DNA of 60,934 nt, filler included. It is 6 parts of 6 records of this genome, joined end to end, with 100 filler letters (N's around TTAATTAATTAA, not from the genome) between each part and the next. Parts side by side here need not be neighbours in the genome. Positions count along the whole stretch, not along the records: positions 1 to 10,185 come from SRR7504441_1985; 5 more parts are not named here. One strand, given 5' to 3'. Shown piece after piece: positions 1-8,789 of this stretch (within the stretch, counting starts at the first letter, position 1; each line of letters begins with the position of its first letter). The notes under the pieces are model-generated. The model was not told the origin of the DNA and searched no databases. It saw only the letters and a program-made list of their open reading frames with translations. Both the position numbers and the translations under genes were made by a program.

Positions 1-1
1 C

Positions 2-196
2 GACCGGTCTCGTCGAAGCCTCGTGGCAGCAACCGGCTGCAGAGGACGCAACGTTGCTAGGCTTGTGCATCATCGCGTTCCTCGGTTCCTTGTGGCGTGG
101 TTGCTAGCCTCGGTCGACTGCGCCCGTCCCCAGGACACCCTAGGAAATGAGTCTGGCGCCACTCCAGCTTCGAGCACCTCCAGTCCTAACGCATGA
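2..196 (+). CDS. 3' end of a gene entering from the left edge (possibly a short-chain dehydrogenase C-terminus)
   Basis: Frame 2 is open from the window start to TGA at 194-196 (DRSRRSLVAATGCRGRNVARLVHHRVPRFLVAWLLA...PNA*), followed by an AT-rich convergent spacer. Resemblance to SDR C-termini is weak. Confidence 0.35.
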   Translation, partial: DRSRRSLVAATGCRGRNVARLVHHRVPRFLVAWLLASVDCARPQDTLGNESGATPASSTSSPNA

Positions 197-440
197 AGGT
201 CTACGTACCAGGTATTAAAATAGTACGATTTTCCCCGGCCCCCCTGATAATACGAGGATCTCTACAGCACATGTACAGTATTTAGTAGTAGATCTCTAGG
301 ATGACCATGAGGATTTTAATTGGAACAATCAGTTATCTTTACAGACTTTACTACTCCGGCGTACAAGTAAATCTTTACCAAAATTGTCAAGGTTAGATTG
401 TTACAAGTTAGTAGTAACTGTTACTATCGTCGATACTCTA

Positions 441-2681
441 TCAATACTTCAGGATGAGACCACCAAAGCTTACGCCTGCGCTTGTGCCGCACAAAAGCAC
501 CTTGTCACCGCGTTTGATCTTGCCCTGCTTGACACCCTCATAAAGCGTGAGAGGGATGGACGCAGCAACACAATTACCGAATCCCTCAATTGTTGTGATG
601 ATTTTCTCCTTAGGCCACCCCAACGCCTGTAGTGAGGAGAGCCCTGCCCCACTAGCTTGATGCGGGACCACCCATTGCAGATCATGCAGTCCCTTCGACA
701 GGCCCGGAAGGAGTCTCTCGAGATAGTGTTCCAAGTGCTTTCCCGCAAATTCCATCATGCTCGGGTGCATACTTAGGTACTGGTCTTCAGTCTGGGTTTG
801 GCCGCCTTGGCCCAGCCCAGCGTGCTCATTCGGAAGACGTCTGTTGCCACCGCCTCGAATCTCACATAAGTCAGCACCCTCGGAGAATGTCTCGATTTCA
901 ACCCTGACTATCGCACTCTCTTCGTGAGCTCCGCTCGGCACCACCACTACTGCGGCAGCAGCGTCACCAAATAAAACAGCCGAATGCATGTCGTTGGGAT
1001 CTAAGCCATGGTGTGTCATCTCGCTCGATGATATAACTACAGCCTTGAACCGACCAGTTGTGATCAGGGCTCCAGCCAGGTCCATCGCTGTCACAAAACT
1101 GAGACACGTGCTACTAACACTGAAGCATGTGATTCCCGATTGGCTGAGCCCTAGTGCTCTCTGCAGCAGGGGGCTACCATCTGGCAAGGATTGGTGATAA
1201 GTACCACTTGCATTGATGATGCAATCGATTTGCTCTAGGGTCATGTTGGCTGACAGCACTGCCTCGCGCACAGCGTGTGCCGCCATCTCTGGCTGGCTCT
1301 CGCCGCAGTTGGGATCGGCCATGTGCCGCTGAGTCACACCACTCTGCACTCTGTCAGTGCTCCCAGGATCCCAGCCAAACCGTTTCTCTAGGTCGGCATT
1401 TGTTACCACCTTGCGAGGCAAGTATCGCCCAACGCCTGCGATGCGCGTGTGGTAACAGAATGAGGGCGCGTTTGCAGCTCGTTGCAAGACTATTGCCGAA
1501 GCGCCATCTGCATCGCTGCTCGCCAGCTTTTCTGCAGCTCGTGTGCTGATCTGGTGCACGCGCTTGACGTAGCGCTGCATTGCATCAGTTTTGCTGAGCC
1601 CGGCCGCCTGACACCACCCCCGCCACTTGAGCATCTGTCTGGTCTGAGCTGCCGGAGGGGCTTCAGCCTTCTGGTCGCCCAGCTTCGCCTGCTTGTAGTG
1701 GCCGTAGAGATAAGCCGCATCATCAGTCGAGATGTACAGGGCCATCCCTGGCAACATGGCAGCCGCGACCTCAAACTGTCGAGTGACTGAGAGGCCAGGC
1801 TCGAGCCACGGCTGGGGCGGCCCAGCACTACCTTGTGACAGTAGCAGCGCGCGAAGGCGGCTGATGATTCCATACCGTTGATCTGCAAACGTCCCAAACA
1901 GGTACAAGTAGCTCGTGTAGACGAGTCCCGTCGCCAGCAGCGAGCTATCCGAGACGGCACATGACACTCCACTCAGCTTCTTGAGCCAACCGGCCAGCCC
2001 GACTAGTGCTATTGCGATTGCCATTTGAGCACACTGGGCGAGTGTGATGATGAGCGGCACCCGCGAATGCCGGATCTCAGGGAAGAGGTCGGCCAGCCCA
2101 AAGTAGGAGTACATGCCGGCATGCACCCCGAAGTTCATCGTGGCGAGCCATGCGCTAGTAGGGCTCTGCTGCACGCACTCATTCCAGGCTAGGAGCATCG
2201 CCGACGGATGGTGCCACAGATGGAGCGCCGACGGCCGCTTGCCGGCACTCAGCAGCAGCGCGGTGTCGCCAAACTCAAGTAGCTTGGACCAGACGAACAG
2301 CATCGCCCACAGCCCGGCCGCCCCCTGGGTAAGTAGCCCCTTGGCCTCCTCGTCGCATACGGTGTGCGCCAGCCCGTCCGCCCACAGGGTATGAACCAGC
2401 GCCGGCGCCAGCCTGGTGAACCCGATCGCAGAGAACAGCGCCAGCCCTATGTTCCAAGCGACCCGTATCCAGGGCGGCAGCGCCAACGTCGGCTGCCGCG
2501 CCGCGTGCCACAGGCCGACGGCGAAGACATAGCCCAGCGCGGCATAAGCAGACCAGAGCTGGTGCTCGCGCATCCAGCCGGTCGCTGGCCCGGCATCGAA
2601 CGAGTTCTCGAACGGCGTGTAGGCAAAATGCCCGAGCCCGCCCGGGTAGGACCAGGCCGGGCAGGAGTGGTCGCCTGTCAT
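441..2681 (-). CDS. Fusion protein: ELO/GNS1-SUR4 fatty acid elongase + acyl-CoA-binding (ACBP) domain + KAS III (FabH-like 3-oxoacyl synthase)
   Basis: One uninterrupted ORF from ATG 2681. ELO motifs KLLEFGDT, HLWHH, NFGVHAGMYSYF and ITLAQCAQM with TM helices. ACBP motifs LYGHYKQA, KWRGW and AMQRYV. KAS III motifs IAGVGRYLP, STCLSF (catalytic Cys), LFGDAAAA, PHQAS (His) and GNCVAASIP (Asn). Confidence 0.92.
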   Translation of the reverse strand: MTGDHSCPAWSYPGGLGHFAYTPFENSFDAGPATGWMREHQLWSAYAALGYVFAVGLWHAARQPTLALPPWIRVAWNIGLALFSAIGFTRLAPALVHTLWADGLAHTVCDEEAKGLLTQGAAGLWAMLFVWSKLLEFGDTALLLSAGKRPSALHLWHHPSAMLLAWNECVQQSPTSAWLATMNFGVHAGMYSYFGLADLFPEIRHSRVPLIITLAQCAQMAIAIALVGLAGWLKKLSGVSCAVSDSSLLATGLVYTSYLYLFGTFADQRYGIISRLRALLLSQGSAGPPQPWLEPGLSVTRQFEVAAAMLPGMALYISTDDAAYLYGHYKQAKLGDQKAEAPPAAQTRQMLKWRGWCQAAGLSKTDAMQRYVKRVHQISTRAAEKLASSDADGASAIVLQRAANAPSFCYHTRIAGVGRYLPRKVVTNADLEKRFGWDPGSTDRVQSGVTQRHMADPNCGESQPEMAAHAVREAVLSANMTLEQIDCIINASGTYHQSLPDGSPLLQRALGLSQSGITCFSVSSTCLSFVTAMDLAGALITTGRFKAVVISSSEMTHHGLDPNDMHSAVLFGDAAAAVVVVPSGAHEESAIVRVEIETFSEGADLCEIRGGGNRRLPNEHAGLGQGGQTQTEDQYLSMHPSMMEFAGKHLEHYLERLLPGLSKGLHDLQWVVPHQASGAGLSSLQALGWPKEKIITTIEGFGNCVAASIPLTLYEGVKQGKIKRGDKVLLCGTSAGVSFGGLILKY

Positions 2682-2796
2682 CACTCTGCGCGTGCCACAC
2701 CTGGTTGACCAAAGCGAGACTCCCTCCTGCGGATTCAGCTTCAGGAACGAAAGAATCCCACCTCACTGCTCAGGACATGAGGGTGGGCGGGCAGAG

Positions 2797-5067
2797 ATGA
2801 AGTCGGACCCGCCCGAGGAGGGGGACCGCATCACGACTCCCAACGCCCTGTTGTCAGCCAGAGCGAACGGGCTTGCTTGCCCGACTGCCACAGCCGCCGG
2901 CTGCTTGTGCGCGGCGCTGGCCCGGCACTTGGTCCGACCGACCCAGCTCCGGGGGGCACTCGGGAACTGGTTCGGACAACACTGCCCGCACGGCCCGGTG
3001 CCAGCTCAGCTGATCCAGTGGAGGGCGCACGCCATCCGGACACCGCACCGACCGTGTGTCATCTTCAAGCGGCCAGACTTCCAGCCGGCTGGCTGCCCGG
3101 ACTGGCTGCCGGTGTTCCTGTGGCCGGGCTCCAATCCAGTGCCGCTTATCCTCCTGGCCGCCGCTGTGGTGGTCGCCGCTCTCATGACTGCTGCGGTCAT
3201 CGGCTCGCGGTCGTTGGACGGATGGCTGGTTGGAGGAATCGCTGTGCTGCTGGCTGACCTCGCTTGGTGGCTCTCGCGTAGGAAGCGCCGATTCGCCCAG
3301 GCGGTTATGCGCAACCGGGAATGGTCCAGCCTGAGCTTCCGCGATTTCCACCGCCAAATGGAGGCCGCCCTCAGCCAGCTTAATGCGAGGGGTCCGCGCA
3401 CTATTTGGATGCTTCAGATGCCCGAAGATCAGTCCCAGCTCCTAGTTTGGTACATGGCTGCTATGCTGAGCAACAGCACATACTTAGCGCTCGACCCGAA
3501 TGCATTCCCTATCTGCGAGTACATCAAGCACGTGGAGTCGTTCCAACCCGATTTAATAGTGGCCACATGTCCAATCAAGTGCATCGTTCGGGCTCTGCGC
3601 ATATGCTGCTGCTGCTTTAAACACATAACGTCATTCATAACTCTCGTCACCAGCAGAATCGCGCGCCGCAAGATTGACGCTGCTCGCTTCAGACAGCCTG
3701 ATGATACTGCAATCGTCGCAAATACCTCTGGCACAGGTGGAACAAGCAAAGCTGTTCAGCTCACCCGCGGTAATATGGCAGCTCAATTCGAGTCCTTCAA
3801 GGATCTCGTCCTGACGAGCGAGGCGCGTGTATCCTTGCACGCGCACCCGATACCAGCAGGGGTTTGTGACATGTGTCTTGGGGCAACGCTTGTGTTCCCA
3901 CCCTTTATGCCGCCAGGGGAGATCGACCGCCACTTCCTGCTGGAGCATTACATCAAACCTGCCAATGCATATCGGGTCGAGTGTATGAGCGCTCCAGTCA
4001 GGACATGGGAAGACATTGCAGACTTTGCGTGCGAGCAATCAGCGGATCCAGCGGATCCCCGAGTTGTTCTTCCATCGGTAGAATCTGCGCTGACCGGTGG
4101 TACTCCACTCTTCATTGGACTACTCAACCGCCTGTGCTGTCCAGAGACTGGCTGTGCACACACACTGCAGGAAGGGGTTTGCCTCACCAGCGTTTATGCT
4201 CTCACCGAGGCGCTACCAGTGGCCTCAACCCAAAGTTGCCGCCACTTGTGCTCTAGGAGGTATCGGGCACGTGCAGAGCTTGGCTGTGGTGTTCCGTTCG
4301 GTTCAGCTCTGGGGGATGCCCAGCTTCATTTAGTTCCGCTGGTTCTAGATCTCTGCGAGACGCAGTTCCCGCTCCCGCTGGCAAAGTTGGCAGTCTCAGG
4401 TCCGATGGTGGCTAAGAGTTACGGCACAGACACTGCAGCACAGTTGGATCTGCCGCACGTGGTGGTGCAAAATGCCTGGTCTGATGCGGCTCCAGTTTCC
4501 GCTTTTTGTACTGGCGATTTGTGCTGGGAAGACCCGTGCGGGGAGCTTTGGTACTGTGGGAGACAAGCGGACGTGCTAGGGTTTCCATCAGGCCGTGACG
4601 CAATTACATGTGTCCCGCCTGTGTGTGTAGAGAGTGCAGTCTATTGTTCTCCACTTGTGCGCCAGTGTTGTCTGGCGAGTGTGAGCTGTAATGAGGCTGA
4701 GACTCCTGTGTTAGTGGTGAGAGTTGCCGACAGCCAAGCAGCTGAGTCATGGACCTCGGGTGAGACACAGCTCGAGTTAATTTCCTTGCTAAATAAGTGC
4801 ATTTGGGCCGCTGCATTACGCCGCATCGGTCTGCTCAAATACGAAGATGACAGCCCATTTCCAACAGATTACCGTCACAACTCTAAAATTCAAAGGCATC
4901 TGATACAGGACTGGGCCGCCGAGAATTCGGTTGACATGGATCTCTTCAGTCTGGAAGCTAATACCGAATCCTCACTTGACCGTGCATTTGGTTTTGACGA
5001 AGACTTGCCGAAGGGTGAAGCCACTTTCGAGGCTCCGGTGTTGACGGCGATTGGAGTCGAGATTTGA
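2797..5067 (+). CDS. OleC-like AMP-dependent (ANL superfamily) ligase / putative beta-lactone synthetase with N-terminal membrane hairpin
   Basis: ANL motifs NTSGTGGTSKAV (P-loop), YALTEALPV, TGDL and WYCGR. The C-terminal FPTDYRHNSKI matches the OleC-type FPVDIRHNAKI with the catalytic Lys. First in-frame ATG is at 2797. Confidence 0.8.
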   Translation: MKSDPPEEGDRITTPNALLSARANGLACPTATAAGCLCAALARHLVRPTQLRGALGNWFGQHCPHGPVPAQLIQWRAHAIRTPHRPCVIFKRPDFQPAGCPDWLPVFLWPGSNPVPLILLAAAVVVAALMTAAVIGSRSLDGWLVGGIAVLLADLAWWLSRRKRRFAQAVMRNREWSSLSFRDFHRQMEAALSQLNARGPRTIWMLQMPEDQSQLLVWYMAAMLSNSTYLALDPNAFPICEYIKHVESFQPDLIVATCPIKCIVRALRICCCCFKHITSFITLVTSRIARRKIDAARFRQPDDTAIVANTSGTGGTSKAVQLTRGNMAAQFESFKDLVLTSEARVSLHAHPIPAGVCDMCLGATLVFPPFMPPGEIDRHFLLEHYIKPANAYRVECMSAPVRTWEDIADFACEQSADPADPRVVLPSVESALTGGTPLFIGLLNRLCCPETGCAHTLQEGVCLTSVYALTEALPVASTQSCRHLCSRRYRARAELGCGVPFGSALGDAQLHLVPLVLDLCETQFPLPLAKLAVSGPMVAKSYGTDTAAQLDLPHVVVQNAWSDAAPVSAFCTGDLCWEDPCGELWYCGRQADVLGFPSGRDAITCVPPVCVESAVYCSPLVRQCCLASVSCNEAETPVLVVRVADSQAAESWTSGETQLELISLLNKCIWAAALRRIGLLKYEDDSPFPTDYRHNSKIQRHLIQDWAAENSVDMDLFSLEANTESSLDRAFGFDEDLPKGEATFEAPVLTAIGVEI

Positions 5068-5184
5068 CCACATGTGGCTTTGATTGACGTCACAAATTAT
5101 TAAAGCAAAGGAGACTAGAATCTGTATTACGATCGCGAGTACACGTACTTGTATAATCTAACAGTTTCATCCCCGTATCTAAGC

Positions 5185-6129
5185 TTAGAACAATTCACGG
5201 AACGCCCGGCGAGCAGCTGGACCACGAAGTTTTGCACCGGGAGCAGCTCCGGTCACACGCGGCAGATCTAACCAATCTCTGAATTTGGACAAGCAATGTG
5301 CCGCGCAGATCATCGGTTGGATCACCAACTTGGCGAAGACAAATGCAGATAATACCTTGAGCATCAGCAATACCCCATTGACATTGGTTGCCCGCCACGT
5401 CCCTCGGGCGTACTCTAAGCGCCCGGGGGCATGCTCGTGTTCATGCTTCCACCAAACCGAGATGCTGCAATTGAACCGGCCCTTGTGCACCACATAGTGC
5501 CACCAACACCGCGGCACGTACAGAACGTCGCCGGGCTCGAGCAGCACTGTCGAACCCAGGCCGGCAAGCTCTCGGGCGTCACGCGCCGCCAGAAAGTGCA
5601 GCGGGAAAGGCAGCGCCGGCACGTCTGGCCCTGGGGCGATCAGCCTCACCTCCTTGGCGCCGCTCAGCACTTGAAGGAAATTGTGGTCCCCACGTGCGTC
5701 CCAGTGGAGCCAGGAAGCGAACTCCGGCTCGTCGCGCACTGGAGGCGCACTCGACAGCCACATCCCCACTGCCTGCAGGAGGCTCTTGGCCGGCAGGAGG
5801 TCAGCGACCCTCCCAATATCGCCCGGGCGCGCAGTCGTCTGACCGCTGCTCGTACCTAACGCCGCACCACTCGTGTACCATAGTGCCGTGCGGGCTGTGG
5901 CTGATGCCAGCGTCATTGGCCACCAGACGGCAGATCGGGCCACCGCGGGGAAGGAGCCAGATGGACTGAACGCCGCGATGTGGACCGGTAAGGTCCCTGC
6001 GGCGGCGCGGCTCAGGCAGCGGGCGTGGGTCGCCTCAAAGTCTCTCACACGCTTTAGTCGCGCAGGCCGCCCGCCCTGCACGTGCTCTCGAAACTCGGCC
6101 TCGCTCTGGGCTTCACTGATGGTGGACAT
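5185..6129 (-). CDS. JmjC/cupin-8 Fe(II)/2-oxoglutarate hydroxylase
   Basis: HWD...HNFLQVLSGAKEVRL and LEPGDVLYVPRCWWHYV give the HxD...H metal triad and the 2OG-binding Lys. Hydrophobic C-terminal segment. Start at ATG 6129 preferred because ATG 6213 abuts the ATAD3 start. Confidence 0.85.
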   Translation of the reverse strand: MSTISEAQSEAEFREHVQGGRPARLKRVRDFEATHARCLSRAAAGTLPVHIAAFSPSGSFPAVARSAVWWPMTLASATARTALWYTSGAALGTSSGQTTARPGDIGRVADLLPAKSLLQAVGMWLSSAPPVRDEPEFASWLHWDARGDHNFLQVLSGAKEVRLIAPGPDVPALPFPLHFLAARDARELAGLGSTVLLEPGDVLYVPRCWWHYVVHKGRFNCSISVWWKHEHEHAPGRLEYARGTWRATNVNGVLLMLKVLSAFVFAKLVIQPMICAAHCLSKFRDWLDLPRVTGAAPGAKLRGPAARRAFRELF

Positions 6130-6130
6130 C

Positions 6131-6177
6131 CTCCACTGGGCGCTCCAAACACCCTCCACTGGCGCGCTCCAAACGCC
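6131..6177. repeat. Two-copy ~23 bp tandem repeat in the divergent spacer between the JmjC and ATAD3 genes
   Basis: CTCCACTGGGCGCTCCAAACACC followed by CTCCACTGGCGCGCTCCAAACGCC. Confidence 0.8.
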
Positions 6178-6213
6178 GAGGAATCCCAACGGACCCGAAC
6201 GTCCCCGAGCCAT

Positions 6214-8621
6214 ATGCGCGGTGTGGGTCGGGTTTCGAAGCTGCTGCCGGCGCGGGTGCGGTCCATGTGCCGGGGCGGGGCGTACGACGACGCTCGGTTC
6301 AAGAAATTCGTGCGGGAGGAGAACGACAGGGTTCGCGAGGTGGTGGCCGGCATGGTACGGGACAGCAGCGAGGCTGAGCGGAAGGCCAACGCGGCGCTGC
6401 TCGGGCTGTCGGTGCTGGGTGGCGTCTGTGTGCTAATGAACCTGTCGGACGAGTTCGCAAACGCGGTGGCGCACCTGCTCCGACTGAAGTCCACCTCGCA
6501 CACTGTCAATGTCCAGGCCGGCGGCGGTGCCAGCGGCCGCGGACAGGGCCAGCCGGGTCCTCCGGGCCCGCGCGGACCACCTGGGTCAGTGGACCAGGCG
6601 GAATTGAGCCGGGCAATTGGGCTCCAGCTGGGCAAGCTGGCCGAGCAGGCAGAAAAGGCCGCAGAGCGCAAACTGGAGGTGAGCCGGCAGATGCAGCGGG
6701 AACGCACCAAGGCCGAGGCCGAGGCCCAGGAGAAGCAGGCTCAGGCCGAGCAGCGGAGACGTGCGGAGGACGCACGGGCAGCCGAGCGGGCGCGGGCTGC
6801 GGCGGCCGTGGCGCACAAGCAGCAGCTTGAGCGGGCTGCGGAGCACGCCAAGAGCGAACGGAGGGCTGTGTCGGAGCACCAGAGGCGTAAGGCCGAGCAG
6901 GCCCGGGAGGCGGAGCAGGCGGCGCTCATGGCGCAGCGGCAGCTGGCGGAAGAGAGGAAGCGGGAGAGGGAGCAGGCCGCCAGGGAGCTGATGACCTCGC
7001 AGCAGCGGCTGCACCAAGATAAGCGCCAGAGGGAGGAGGAGGCTATCAAGAACGAAGCGCGACTGGGGGCGGCCAAGCGGGAGGCGGAGGCCAAGTTGGC
7101 GGCTCAGAGGGAGAAGCAGGCGGTCGAGCAGGAGCGCAAACTGCTTGAGTTGAGGCAAGAGGCCGAGAGCCGGATGGCTGCGGAGAGGGAGCGCCGAGAG
7201 ACCAGTGTGGCAGTGGCGCAGGCAAAGGCTAAGGCAGAGGCCGAGGCCGAGGCTGAGCGACAGAACGAGCAAGTCCGAGCTAGGGCTCGTGCTCAGGCGG
7301 GGGGGATTGAGAGCGATCGTGCGGTGAGGGTGGCCAGCACGGTGCTCAGCTCGATAGGTTCCGGGGTTCAAGGTTTGCTCGCCGACACGGAGCGACTCTC
7401 TCGGCTTGTGGCGGCCACTGGGGCGTTAGTGGTGGTCGGATTCACCGCCCGGGAGGGTGCCAAGCTGGCCCGAGGGCTGCTCGCGGCCACTCTTGGGCGG
7501 CCTGGGCTAGTGCGGGAGACCTCGCGGCTGGTGTGGACTAAGCCAGTCCAGTCGCTCCGGCAGCTGCAGCAGCGCTTGGCTCGGACCGCGAGTCTAGACC
7601 GGGCCTTCTCTGAGGTGGTGCTCAACCCACCGCTTCGAGCACGGATGCAAGGGATAGCGGAAGCCACCAAGAACACTCGCGCTAACGGAGCACCGTTCAG
7701 ACACACGTGCTTCTACGGTCCACCCGGCACAGGGAAGACAATGCTGGCTAAGAAGCTAGCATACTACTCTGGACTGGACTACGCCATCATGAGTGGCGGG
7801 GACGTGGGACCACTTGGGTCTGGAGCCGTCACTGAGATTCATAAACTCTTTGAGTGGGCAAGGTGGCAGCCAAGCCCTGCTGCCAGCCAGCAGTTGGCAG
7901 GTATTCGCGTAACGGGCTCCTGCTGTTTGTGGACGAAGCGGAGACGTTTCTAGCCACACGCGACTCGCACATGTCGGAGGCCCAGCGCAACGCGCTGAAC
8001 GCTCTACTCTTCCAGGCATTGCGTTGGGCGACTGCGGGCAGAGCCTGGGCAGACTGGGACCGAATCGCGCAACTTCATGCTGGTGCTTGCAACCAACAGA
8101 CCGGCCGACCTGGACGCGGCTGTGGTGGACCGGATAGACGAGATGGTTGAGTTCCCACTGCCCGGGCTGCAAGAGCGCCAGGAGCTGGCCCGGTGCTCCC
8201 CAGCCATGGAGAGGGCGAGCCTTGCGGGGCAGCATGTACTTCAAGTCTATGGTGGAGGAGAGCCGATCGAGCTCGCAGATTACGCTGACAGGGGTGGAGG
8301 GGAGCCACTTTTGTAGAATTGCGGAAATGACCGATGGATACTCGGGCCGAGCGTTGGCCAAGCTGATGATCTCTGTGCAGGTAAAGCCCGTGTAGTGCCG
8401 CAGCTGACGCTGGCTGTGATATAGGGCTATGTTTATGGTAAATCGGAGCCGAAACTGGACGGACCGGAGCTAATGGAGGTCACCTGCCGGTTTTAAGGCT
8501 TGCACTTACTTACTTGTGTGGTATTCTGCATGCGTAGGTGGTCGAGCAAAAGGTCGCTGCCTATGCTAAGCGGACGAAGCTGGAAGAGCTTCAAGAGCAA
8601 TACTTCGCGCGTGGGTCTTAA
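6214..8621 (+). CDS. ATAD3: ATAD3-family mitochondrial AAA+ ATPase (spliced, 5 introns)
   Basis: Coiled coil, LGRPGLVRETSR, Walker A YGPPGTGKT, DYAIMSGGDV, Walker B LLLFVDEAE and VLATNRP. The frame is restored by introns 7863-7900, 8016-8052 (GC-AG), 8193-8232, 8381-8424 and 8479-8537. Stop TAA at 8619-8621. Confidence 0.92.
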
Positions 8622-8789
8622 TTAAAGTGTACATGTACCATGTGATTCAGCAAGTTGGTGATAATCACGAGCGAGTATTAAGACGTTCAGTCGGATGAAT
8701 AGATTAATGTTGCATGAATTTAAAACGAGACTACCGACCCGCTTAGTACCGATCCGCGCCGAGGTTGATTAGAGATTGATCATGAAGGC

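Noticed and set aside
441-1450. Calling the KAS III domain a true OleA
   Set aside because: The OleA general-base Glu motif (YLEP-type) is not seen at the equivalent position (GTYHQSLP), so it is called FabH-like and its exact chemistry remains open.
2750-6190. GAATCCCA shared by two divergent spacers
   Set aside because: Absent from most other spacers, so it is not distinguishable from chance.
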